Below are positions 1 through 8,979 of a stretch of 64,000 bases of DNA, in pieces. The DNA is taken from IMG/VR virus record IMGVR_UViG_2519899680_000008, positions 30,944 to 94,943 of that record; one strand, 5' to 3'. This DNA comes from a virus. Lineage: Duplodnaviria; Caudoviricetes. The notes under the pieces are model-generated. The model was not told where the DNA came from and did no database searches. It was given only the letters and a program-made list of their open reading frames with translations. Within the stretch, counting starts at the first letter, position 1. The number at the start of each line of letters is the position of its first letter. The position numbers and the translations under genes were made by a program.

Positions 1-405
1 GACCGCCTCGAAAGAATAACGTACCTGCGGGGCGGAAACCGTCATGTGGTTGGCCTTCACCGTCAAAGCGTATTTGGCGGAAGCCGCACCGATCGTGCAA
101 CTGTCTTGCCCGCTTGTAATGACCGTCCCGTTCTTGTACCACTTGGCAGTACCGGCTTTCACACCGGGTGTCAGGTTGGAAGCGTTACCTACGGAAGTAA
201 TCTGGTCGGTAGCCCCCTTGCCGCTGACAAACAGCGAAGGAGTAAGAACCAGGTAGGGAGAAGCCGTCCACGAGGGGGCATAGGCGTTGTTGTCCTTGTT
301 GTACACCTGCGTCAGCGGCTGGTTGGAGCCGATAAACGCCTGAATGGATACTGCGTCGTTCTGGTCGATGATAGTGACCTGTCCGCGTGCTACTTTAATT
401 GCCAT
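1..405 (-). CDS. Tail fibre/tail-associated protein, N-terminal part (runs off window)
   Basis: Not in ORF track; ATG at 405 reads MAIKVARGQVTIIDQNDAVSIQAFIGSNQPLTQVY... open to base 1; lies distal to baseplate genes. Confidence 0.65.
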   Translation of the reverse strand, partial: MAIKVARGQVTIIDQNDAVSIQAFIGSNQPLTQVYNKDNNAYAPSWTASPYLVLTPSLFVSGKGATDQITSVGNASNLTPGVKAGTAKWYKNGTVITSGQDSCTIGAASAKYALTVKANHMTVSAPQVRYSFEAV

Positions 406-438
406 AAATCTATCTTGTTTAAAATGTTAGTGAATTTG

Positions 439-2703
439 TCAATGTATCTCAACCTCGCAACTGAATACGGCCTTATGCCAGACATCATCTTCCGTAACCG
501 TAAGTTCCTTCCCTTCATGCTTTTCCGCATTCCAAAGGGAATCACCCTCCGCATCCTTGCTGGTACGTTTCCAGTGGAAACAGTCTTCGGGTATGCGTCC
601 GGTTATCTCCGTACCGCCTTTATACACCCTGGCACGAAGGACGGTACAGATTATGCCGTTACGGAAGACAGTACCGTTATCCGATTCAACATAGACAGCA
701 TAGGAAGCCTCGCCGTCATATAGTTTGAACAAAGTATGGGTTGCCGCGTAAGATTTGTCCCCGATAAAGGACGTGAAACGCAAGGTCAGCACATCCCGCT
801 CTTCCCAGCCGTGAAAGTCTGCCCGCAGGGTAAACAGCGTGCCGTGTCCTCCGGCATCTTTCCAGCTTCCGTCCGATGCAAGGTATTCCCATGCCCGTCT
901 TTCACCGGTAAAGTTGTACTCGGTAGCCACTATATCTATCTGTCCGGGATCTCCTGCCGTGTCCCATTTGTCGGTAAAACGAAACGTAGTGCCTCCGGTC
1001 AGGGAAACGGAACGGGGCTTGAGCTGTTCTTTCGCTTCTTCATCGAAATCTTCCCAGCGGATAGTCACATCCCGGAGTTCAATCGTATCTTTCGTCCATT
1101 TGAACCGCCCGGATGCGAAATGTCCCGTACCATCGGGATTGATGACGAAAGAGCCGTTCCGTGAAGCGATGGAACCGTCCTCGTTCAAGCGTAGCAAAGG
1201 GTTCTGGATGGTCCCACCGATACCGCCCTTGTTAAACCATGCCCCGTAATCCTCCGTGTAGGAAAGTGTACTGTCCGTCGCCTGGTAGGGTGTTGCGTTC
1301 TTTCCTGCTTCCAACTGGGGAGCGGTCACTTCCATGCTGTTTGTCGTGGACAGTCCGACCGTCATATCGGCTGCATCGGACGGCTTGACAAGGAAAGCGG
1401 TCTTGTACCTTTGCCAAACACCGGCTTCCGTGATTTCCCATGTGCCTACGAGGTACTCGTCCTGATAGACGGCGACGTTCCCCGCCGTTTCCGATTTTAT
1501 CCAAAGGGAAAAGCAATGCGGCTTCCCGAAATGCTCCTTTCGCCATGCGGCACTCTGTACGGCCAGACGGCAATCTCCTTTAATCTCTTTCACCTCTCCG
1601 ATACCCACAGGCGTGTTTCCTTCCACCGGCATACCGCCGGAGAAAAGGCAGGACAGGGAATCGGGTATCACGTTCTTGTGTATCTTGCCCACATAGAATG
1701 TGGAGGAAAAGCCGTTCTCGTCCCTGGCGGTCAGTGTTCCGGCAATGTTCACGTTCCGGGTGGCGTACAAATTCTGAAAATAGGCCCCGTAACCGTCCAG
1801 CAGACCGAACACCGGGTCTGTCACACCGCTTATCTTGCCCACACGTCCTTTGGTGGCGTTGGAAAAGGCTGCCACATCGGAAAGGCGGACGATATTCAGG
1901 TCGGCTATCTCTAACCAGTCGTTTTCCGCTCTCAGGCAATCCGTCAGGTCAAGCGTCAGGCTGCGGCTATACTTCTTCGGGTATTCCACGGTCAACACCC
2001 AGAGCCGGTACGACCATTCGGGCGTAGCAGACAAGGTGTCTTCCGCGTCTGTCTTTTCTCCATTGGTATAGCCGAAGGATATAGGAATCTTGGATAAAGT
2101 TTTGGAAGAACGTATCTTCAACGATACAAGTAATCTTTCAGGATGTTCAACCGGAGCTTCCAAAGTCTGTTTGATGCCCCATTTGCTCTTGACTTCAGCA
2201 GGAACACCGTTTCTGGCAACACGGAAGATACGTTCCGCTCCGTTATCCTTGTCCTTGTAGAAAGCGGTGACATGCCCGCCACCGAAACAGGCGTATTTCG
2301 TCTTGTCGGGAATGTCCGCCGACCCTTCTCCCATGACCGGGTAGCAGAGGGAACGCTCGAATCCCGCACCGTCGATTACGTCCATATAGGGGGCTTCGTC
2401 ATCGGACGCGGTCAGATACAACGCCCCGCCGCGCCGGGTATCGAACAGGTGGGTGATACGGGCAAAGTCGAGCAGTTCGCCGTTCTGCGGTTCGTCACCG
2501 TCGAGCAGGGCGGCGGTGAAATAAGCGGAATCCTTGCCTTCTATCGAGTCCACGCCCGTTTCCAGCACGCACATCAGGGAATAAATCACCTTGTTACGGT
2601 CGAAATACTGCCGGCGGACAATATCTCCCGCCCGCAAACCCTGTGTCTTGTGCGAGTCGGGAGCAATGCGTATCTTATAAGTGGAATATCTATATACAGC
2701 CAT
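439..2703 (-). CDS. Putative tail/baseplate structural protein (754 aa)
   Basis: Long ORF in tail module; beta-rich segments; C-terminal 'LRARVYKGGTEIT...FHWKRTS' Ig-like segment typical of phage tail proteins. Confidence 0.6.
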   Translation of the reverse strand: MAVYRYSTYKIRIAPDSHKTQGLRAGDIVRRQYFDRNKVIYSLMCVLETGVDSIEGKDSAYFTAALLDGDEPQNGELLDFARITHLFDTRRGGALYLTASDDEAPYMDVIDGAGFERSLCYPVMGEGSADIPDKTKYACFGGGHVTAFYKDKDNGAERIFRVARNGVPAEVKSKWGIKQTLEAPVEHPERLLVSLKIRSSKTLSKIPISFGYTNGEKTDAEDTLSATPEWSYRLWVLTVEYPKKYSRSLTLDLTDCLRAENDWLEIADLNIVRLSDVAAFSNATKGRVGKISGVTDPVFGLLDGYGAYFQNLYATRNVNIAGTLTARDENGFSSTFYVGKIHKNVIPDSLSCLFSGGMPVEGNTPVGIGEVKEIKGDCRLAVQSAAWRKEHFGKPHCFSLWIKSETAGNVAVYQDEYLVGTWEITEAGVWQRYKTAFLVKPSDAADMTVGLSTTNSMEVTAPQLEAGKNATPYQATDSTLSYTEDYGAWFNKGGIGGTIQNPLLRLNEDGSIASRNGSFVINPDGTGHFASGRFKWTKDTIELRDVTIRWEDFDEEAKEQLKPRSVSLTGGTTFRFTDKWDTAGDPGQIDIVATEYNFTGERRAWEYLASDGSWKDAGGHGTLFTLRADFHGWEERDVLTLRFTSFIGDKSYAATHTLFKLYDGEASYAVYVESDNGTVFRNGIICTVLRARVYKGGTEITGRIPEDCFHWKRTSKDAEGDSLWNAEKHEGKELTVTEDDVWHKAVFSCEVEIH

Positions 2704-2707
2704 GCAA

Positions 2708-4393
2708 TCAAAGTTTTTCTACGGTATCGCCGGAGCAGGAATCGCTTACCCAAAGGGAACCGTTCGTTACCGACTGTTTCTGCACCTCCAGTTCATAGAC
2801 GCGCATACGGCGGCGGACGGTCAGTTCATCGAAGGTGGCGGAAATGCTCCCCGTAGTCCTGTTCTGAAGAATGCCCCAGCCGGTTCCGGCCAGTCCCGAA
2901 GAGAAGTTCTCCGACGAGAGGCTGCCGCAGAAAACGCTGTTGCCGTAATGCTTGATGCCGTCCGTGACGGCTTGCAGGCGCAAATCTTCATTCAAGTATA
3001 GAACACCGTCCGCCAACCGGGTGGCGGAACCGTCGATTCCCACATGCCCCGAAGCCTCCAACGGCACGCCGAAAGCGATAAAATCCGCATCCGTATCCAT
3101 ACGGAACGTGTCCGAATAGCGGTTCTGCGGGGCATAATGGCTGGTGGAAGTCCGAAAACCCAACCGCAGGGAATAGTTCAGGATGGTCTGCGTCCCGTCC
3201 TTGTCATACTGCACCTTGCCGGAAAAGGACACCGATTGCCTGTCGCCTGTAAGGAGAAAACCGTCTGCGCTTCCCATGCGGAGCCGCTTGTGGATAATGA
3301 CACCCTCGTCCGAAGCGTCCACCCGATAGGAGGAAAGAAGCGTTTCCCCGTAATCGTGCCTTACCGACAAGGAGCCCGGAAACACGGCGTGCCCGTAAGG
3401 GGACAAAAGCAAATATTCCCCGTCCACATCGGCTATCCCGGAGAGCAGACGTATCTTGGGGGTGGCATCGCTTCCCAAAAGCAAATCGTCCCCGATACTT
3501 CCCAACTGTACCTGCTTGTCGTCGGCACGCAAAAGCACCGGTTTGCCGCCTATCTTGATGCCGTATCCTTCACCGAACGACAGGAAACCGCTTAAAATCA
3601 CTTCATCGCCGGAAAGCGAAAGCAGACATTCCCCCTTGTCCCCCAACAGCACGCCATAAAGCGCGGAGAGTCTGCCGTGCAGAGAGGTTTCCCCCTGTAC
3701 CGCAAGTGTCCCGGAGACATCGGCATCCTTCATCCTCCAGCCGACAGTGGAAAGGTTCGCGTTACCGGCGTGATAAGCCTCATGCCCGTGTACCAGCAGA
3801 TGTGAAGGGGAGATAAGGATGCCTTTCTCCCTCTCGCTGCCGAACAGCAGTTCCCCTGAAGAACGCAGGGAAGTATCCTCGAAATTCAGCACCGAGGCAT
3901 TCCATGAAACGGTATCGGACAGGCTGTCATAAGCCAATACCCGTTTCCCGCCCAAATAGAAATTCCGTCCGCCGACTTCCAGATCACCGGTTACACGGAT
4001 GCCGTACCGGACGGCGGTCACCACGCCTTCCTCATCCGTCATGTTTTCAGAGAAAGTTTCCAGCACACGGGTATTCCCCGTACCTGCTTCAAAGCCGTAG
4101 TTCGCCCGGAGCATACCGGCCATATTGCCGCCGGAAAGTTTCAGGTAATCCAGCAGGATGCCGCCTTCGGTGCCTTCATCCCCGCCGACCGCCCCGGCAA
4201 TGGCAGAGGCGAAACCGTAGGCCGTGTTCTTCAGGCGGATACTGGTATCGTCGCCTTCCTCAATACCATAGGGATTGTCCCCGCTCTTTTTCTCCTGGGC
4301 ATTGAAGAAAGTGAGGTAAAGGTTGGAATAAATGGAATAGCAGAGGCTGTCCTTGTCCAGTTTCTCGATGTCGGGATGCAGTTGTATGCTCAT
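2708..4393 (-). CDS. Putative tail fibre/baseplate protein (561 aa)
   Basis: Gly-rich ORF with 'YLKLSGGNMAG' and 'FDELTVRRRMRVYELEVQK' tail-fibre-like motifs; position in tail module. Confidence 0.55.
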   Translation of the reverse strand: MSIQLHPDIEKLDKDSLCYSIYSNLYLTFFNAQEKKSGDNPYGIEEGDDTSIRLKNTAYGFASAIAGAVGGDEGTEGGILLDYLKLSGGNMAGMLRANYGFEAGTGNTRVLETFSENMTDEEGVVTAVRYGIRVTGDLEVGGRNFYLGGKRVLAYDSLSDTVSWNASVLNFEDTSLRSSGELLFGSEREKGILISPSHLLVHGHEAYHAGNANLSTVGWRMKDADVSGTLAVQGETSLHGRLSALYGVLLGDKGECLLSLSGDEVILSGFLSFGEGYGIKIGGKPVLLRADDKQVQLGSIGDDLLLGSDATPKIRLLSGIADVDGEYLLLSPYGHAVFPGSLSVRHDYGETLLSSYRVDASDEGVIIHKRLRMGSADGFLLTGDRQSVSFSGKVQYDKDGTQTILNYSLRLGFRTSTSHYAPQNRYSDTFRMDTDADFIAFGVPLEASGHVGIDGSATRLADGVLYLNEDLRLQAVTDGIKHYGNSVFCGSLSSENFSSGLAGTGWGILQNRTTGSISATFDELTVRRRMRVYELEVQKQSVTNGSLWVSDSCSGDTVEKL

Positions 4394-5292
4394 TTCGTAT
4401 AGGAGGTTTTAGACAGGAATTTCTGGATGCGTGAGCTGAGGGAAATGAAGTTCGGGAAGTTCAGGGGCTGCATGGTTCCCATCAGCGTGGGTGTCATAAT
4501 CTTGGAGCATTCGGTCATAAAGTCCAGCATGAGCTGTGCCAGCTCGTTGCCGAGCACCAGAGGCTCGGTGGCGTTCTCATCGCCCAGCGTCACTTTCTTG
4601 TCGGCAACGGTAACGCTCGTAGAGTTTACCTTTTGCCGGATTTTGTCTGCCGTCTGTGTGCTTTCCGACTTGTCCACTGTTTGCGTGATGCTTTCCGCAT
4701 CTATCACGGCGGAGGCTTCCTTGCCGTCCTTGTTCCTGACCGTGGTGTTCACACCTTCTGCCGTATAGCGGGTAAAGGCTTCGTTCCCGGTCGCCTCCAG
4801 TTCATCGTAGTCCGGCGAGGAGTCACTTTCCGTATCAAGTTCTTCCGTTTCCCTCACGCCGATGCTTGTTTCCTTGTGGGCGGAGAGTTGCAGGATACCC
4901 ACATGGGAAAAGTTCACGACGTATGCGTGGCGGATTGCTGCGTCCATGAAAATGGTCACATCGGAAAACAGGGTCGGGACAAGCAGGAAGCCGCCTTCGT
5001 TGCTGGCTGCCGCCGCAAGCAGCACGCCTTTGTGGACGACCGGCTCGGGCGATGCCGTTTCATCCGGGTATTCGCCCACGTCGATGGTGCCGCCGTATTC
5101 CCCGAACTCCTCGTCCGAGGGGTCATCGTGTATCTTCGCCACATAGCCATGTATCATACGTGCCGTTCCTATGCCGGACATACCGCCGGGAGCCATGTTG
5201 ATGCGTTCCATGCTGCGTCCGAGGGCTATCTTGCGGATGGCTTCCCGGATCAGGTAACGGCTGTTGTCTGCTGCCAGTTTCTTTGTTTCCAT
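4390..5292 (-). CDS. Baseplate spike / gpV-like protein
   Basis: OB-like N-terminus, beta-strand repeats, C-terminal 'KVTLGDENATEPLVLGNELAQ'; follows hub gene. Confidence 0.55.
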   Translation of the reverse strand: METKKLAADNSRYLIREAIRKIALGRSMERINMAPGGMSGIGTARMIHGYVAKIHDDPSDEEFGEYGGTIDVGEYPDETASPEPVVHKGVLLAAAASNEGGFLLVPTLFSDVTIFMDAAIRHAYVVNFSHVGILQLSAHKETSIGVRETEELDTESDSSPDYDELEATGNEAFTRYTAEGVNTTVRNKDGKEASAVIDAESITQTVDKSESTQTADKIRQKVNSTSVTVADKKVTLGDENATEPLVLGNELAQLMLDFMTECSKIMTPTLMGTMQPLNFPNFISLSSRIQKFLSKTSYTK

Positions 5293-5296
5293 ATCC

Positions 5297-5328
5297 CAAG
5301 AATAGGCAATGCGGAAACGGATTGATTA
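5297..5328 (-). promoter_or_regulatory. Phage late-promoter-like motif copy A (TAATC-N18-CTATTCTTG)
   Basis: One of five copies with identical 18-nt spacing upstream of structural gene blocks. Confidence 0.65.
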
Positions 5329-5425
5329 AAGAAGATATCGGTTTAAAAGTGCAGGCAATATATGAATATGCAAATTTAAAAGTGCATTTTATGGGAAAAG
5401 TGCTGATTTTATTCGGCATTTTGCG

Positions 5426-5433
5426 TATCTTTG
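5426..5433 (+). promoter_or_regulatory. Bacteroidetes sigma70 -7 element TATCTTTG for the AAA ATPase gene
   Basis: Matches TAnnTTTG 30 nt upstream of ATG; preceded by AAAAGTGC direct repeats. Confidence 0.55.
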
Positions 5434-5463
5434 TCTTCAAAGAAACTTAATGTCAGATAGAAT

Positions 5464-6633
5464 ATGGAACAACTTATAGAACTTTTCAGAAGACTGCTCA
5501 GGATCACCGACACGTCTTATGTCAGATACCTGCACGACCAGATAGACTGGTCTGCCCGGATGGTGGGGATAGTGGGGGCAAGAGGTGTGGGAAAGACCAC
5601 GATGTTGCTGCAACACATCAAGCTGCATCACTCCACGGACGATACGCTTTTTGTCAATGCCGACGACATTTATTTTGCGGAACACCGCCTGTTCGACCTT
5701 GCATCGGATTTCTACAAGAACGGGGGAAAGCACCTGTTTATCGACGAGGTTCATAAATACCAGGACTGGTCGAAGGAGCTTAAAATGGTTTACGACTACT
5801 ATCCCGACTTCCAGGTCGTCTTTACAGGCTCCTCCATTCTGGAAATCTATAAGGGCAATGCGGACTTGAGCCGCCGGGTACTCAGCTATTTTCTTCCCGG
5901 ATTGTCTTTCAGGGAATACCTTATTCTGGCAAAAGACATCCGATTGCCGGTTTACTCCTTGCAGGAGGTACTGGCCCATAAGGTGGAGATGCCGGGAACG
6001 GAACGTCCGCTGGTGCTGTTCAAGGAATATCTGACAAAAGGATATTACCCGTTCTTCAATGATCCCGGTTACGATATGAGGCTGCGCAACGTGGTCAACC
6101 TGACCGTGGAAAACGACATACCGATTTATGCCAACCTGAATGCGGCTTCCACCAAGAAGATGCGCCAGCTGCTGTACGTCATCGCACAAAGCGTACCGTT
6201 CAAGCCCAATTTCTCCAAAATCGGGCAGATGATCGACCTGCACCGCAACCAGGTGACGGATTTTCTTTTCTATTTGGAGAAAGCCGGTATCGTGGCGCAA
6301 CTCAGGGGAACGACCGAAGGCATCCGGCAGTTGGGGAAAGTGGAGAAAACATACCTGGACAACACCAACCTGGCATACGCGCTTTCGGACAACAGACCGG
6401 ATATCGGGAATATCAGGGAAACATTCTTCCTCTCGCAGATGAAAGTGAACAACGAGGTCCTCTCTTCCGACAAATCGGATTTTCAGATAGACAAGTACAC
6501 TTTCGAAATAGGAGGAAAGAACAAACAGCAGAAGCAGATACAGGGAATGAACGATGCCTATATCGTGAAAGACGACATAGAATACGGGTACCGGAACATC
6601 ATCCCGCTCTGGCATTTCGGTTTCAACTATTAA
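5464..6633 (+). CDS. AAA+ ATPase (AAA_14/DUF4143-type), moron in opposite orientation
   Basis: Walker A GARGVGKT, Walker B LFIDEVH, 'FTGSS', C-terminal 'FEIGGKNK' nuclease-like motif. Confidence 0.85.
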   Translation: MEQLIELFRRLLRITDTSYVRYLHDQIDWSARMVGIVGARGVGKTTMLLQHIKLHHSTDDTLFVNADDIYFAEHRLFDLASDFYKNGGKHLFIDEVHKYQDWSKELKMVYDYYPDFQVVFTGSSILEIYKGNADLSRRVLSYFLPGLSFREYLILAKDIRLPVYSLQEVLAHKVEMPGTERPLVLFKEYLTKGYYPFFNDPGYDMRLRNVVNLTVENDIPIYANLNAASTKKMRQLLYVIAQSVPFKPNFSKIGQMIDLHRNQVTDFLFYLEKAGIVAQLRGTTEGIRQLGKVEKTYLDNTNLAYALSDNRPDIGNIRETFFLSQMKVNNEVLSSDKSDFQIDKYTFEIGGKNKQQKQIQGMNDAYIVKDDIEYGYRNIIPLWHFGFNY

Positions 6634-6646
6634 TCGTAAACCTTCC

Positions 6647-7969
6647 TTACCGTATCCTGTACGGAATAGACAGTTTCTGCCGGTAACCGTTCACCCCGAA
6701 CGTCGTCGTCACCTCTTCCACGAGATAGACCCCGTTCTTGGACGGGTTCCGGTTGTCCGCCAGTTCCACCTGCACGGCCGGGAAAAGGCCGTAGTCCCCG
6801 AAAATGGTTACGGTCCCCGTGATGCCGTTCAGGTTATAGTTCCGGAAATACTCGGTCGTTTCCGCCACCAGGTCATCGGAGGAGATGCCGATGTGCGGCG
6901 ACATGTAAGGCACGATGGTATAGGTACTCAAATCGACCTTTGTACGGGTATCGGCACCTTTGGCGGTAGTATTGCCCGTCACCTTGTGGGTTTTCTTGGA
7001 AATCTGCGTGGCATTGACGGTCTGGAACTCCTTGCTTCCCGGTGTGGACGGGTCATATTCCGGGTTCATGCGTACTGTCACCTCGAAAAATTTCTGGTCG
7101 ATCCCCAATGCCTTGCCCGTTACCGCGAGGAACTTGGGGTCTGTCCGGACTACTTTCAGGTCGTTTCCGGCCACATGGTAATCGAACAGCAGCTTGTACG
7201 GTCCCGTCGAATCGTCTTCGGGGAAAACCGGCTGTCCCTTACTGGAAGAATACGGACGTCCCACGGCAATGGACGGCATGGCCCCCTCGTCCTCCGCGTC
7301 ATATTTCAGGAAGCAATAGACCTTGTAGCGGGACCACTCGGAAAGGATGTCGGCAACGGTGAAATTGTCCGTTACCTTGACCTTTCCGATCTGTATGTCA
7401 TACTTGCGCGTGTCGCTGTGGAGCTTGAACCCCGTGTCCTTCAATATATTGTACTTGCCTTCGAGTACATCCTTGACTGTCGTTCCCGTGACGGGAGTCT
7501 CGAACATGGGCGCCTGCACCAGTTTCAGCTTGTACGCCATGTTCTCGCACTGCAACTCCAGCAGGCCGTCCGAGTTGTACCCCGTGATATACCCGTCGAA
7601 CATGTTCTTCAATACCCCGTTGTAGCCCAGTTTGGCATTGATGCGCTGACCGACCTTGAACGTGGTGGCGTCGAGGACATTCTGGCTCTGCCGCTTCTCG
7701 ATGATGACGCCGTCCTGCATGACCTCCGCCGTGATGCGCGAGACATCCTTGCCTTCCGGAGTCCCGTTGCCGATAACGGTGCCGCGACAGACTGTCCCTT
7801 TCGGGAACCTGAAGCGTGCCGTTCCGACCAGTTTCTTGTAGCTCTCGTTGATTTCCAACTCCTGCACCTCGTCGATTTCAATCCCGTTCATGATCCGCAT
7901 CGGGTTTCCGGGGTCGGGGTCTCCGATAGTGATGCGGCAACAGAGCACGTCCATCGTTGTCATAACCAC
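6647..7969 (-). CDS. Baseplate hub / late control D-like protein
   Basis: 'KLGYNGVLKNMFDGYIT' N-terminus and 'NGVYLVEEVTTTFGVNGYRQKLSI' C-terminus; two genes after tape measure. Confidence 0.7.
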   Translation of the reverse strand: MVMTTMDVLCCRITIGDPDPGNPMRIMNGIEIDEVQELEINESYKKLVGTARFRFPKGTVCRGTVIGNGTPEGKDVSRITAEVMQDGVIIEKRQSQNVLDATTFKVGQRINAKLGYNGVLKNMFDGYITGYNSDGLLELQCENMAYKLKLVQAPMFETPVTGTTVKDVLEGKYNILKDTGFKLHSDTRKYDIQIGKVKVTDNFTVADILSEWSRYKVYCFLKYDAEDEGAMPSIAVGRPYSSSKGQPVFPEDDSTGPYKLLFDYHVAGNDLKVVRTDPKFLAVTGKALGIDQKFFEVTVRMNPEYDPSTPGSKEFQTVNATQISKKTHKVTGNTTAKGADTRTKVDLSTYTIVPYMSPHIGISSDDLVAETTEYFRNYNLNGITGTVTIFGDYGLFPAVQVELADNRNPSKNGVYLVEEVTTTFGVNGYRQKLSIPYRIR

Positions 7970-8937
7970 AGGCGGGTAATCTTGAGCAGGGAGGACGGGT
8001 CAACGACCTCCGTGCCGAATTTGACATACTTGATCCATTTGTTGGTGTGCTTGATTGCCTCGTCCACCTTCTCCTGCCCGGCAAGTTTCAGCTCCACGCT
8101 CTCCGAAGGCTCCACCGCCACGCAGGAAAGGCTGTAGGGCTGTATGTTCCGGCAGTCGGACGGCAGGAACGTATAGCCCAGCACGATCAGGCGGGTGATG
8201 TTGAACTGGCGGAGTATGGTGTTGTCACAGTCCAGGACACCCTTGAACTGCATCAGCTTCAGAAATTTCGACACCTCGGCTTCCGGATAGACATCCGGGT
8301 ATTTGGAGGTGATCTTGCCTGACACGGAGATTTCCAGGTCGCCGCCGGAAACGTATTCCTTGCGGGTATAGTCCCGTCCCTGTACCGTGGTCAGCACGAT
8401 ATTGTTCCGGCTGGACACCTGCACATGGGGCTGCAAATCGACGAATGTCACCAGCCCGTAGGAACTGTTGGGGCACACCTTGCCTTCCTTGCTGTCGTAG
8501 TAGTTGCCTTCCGTGGAAATGGAGAGTTCCAGATAGTCGGGTACGGTACGCCCCACGATGGTGTCCGTGTAGTTCTTCTGCCTGGCGACTGCCTGCTGCT
8601 CCCTGATGAGCTGGTAATACTGCCCGGTCTTGTTGGCAAGGCTCGACTGCGATTGTGTCTGCAGGTACTTGTCGCGCGTCCGCTGTTCCCAATACTGCAA
8701 ATAGCGGGGATAGGAACGGAGCAACCCGTAAGCCGCCTGCGATACCGTCTGGATGGCGGCCCTTTTCAGAAGGTCGTGATGTTTGGAGAAATAATGTACC
8801 TGCCCGTCCTGAAACTCGGCAAGCCCCATGCCCAAGGCACGGCGGGTGGCGTCGCTGATATACCCGCCCAGGGAGCCGCCGGAGAGAATGCCCCCGCTCA
8901 GCAGAGTGGAAGCGGCTATCTGTATCAATCTTCCCAT
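7960..8937 (-). CDS. Tail tube initiator-like protein (DUF6046-like)
   Basis: 'NNIVLTTVQGRDYTRKEYVSGGDLEISVSGKI' motif; directly after tape measure. Confidence 0.6.
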   Translation of the reverse strand: MGRLIQIAASTLLSGGILSGGSLGGYISDATRRALGMGLAEFQDGQVHYFSKHHDLLKRAAIQTVSQAAYGLLRSYPRYLQYWEQRTRDKYLQTQSQSSLANKTGQYYQLIREQQAVARQKNYTDTIVGRTVPDYLELSISTEGNYYDSKEGKVCPNSSYGLVTFVDLQPHVQVSSRNNIVLTTVQGRDYTRKEYVSGGDLEISVSGKITSKYPDVYPEAEVSKFLKLMQFKGVLDCDNTILRQFNITRLIVLGYTFLPSDCRNIQPYSLSCVAVEPSESVELKLAGQEKVDEAIKHTNKWIKYVKFGTEVVDPSSLLKITRLWL

Positions 8938-8979
8938 ATTCCTGTCGTTTTTTTGAATGTCATGCCATTGTTACGCCCC

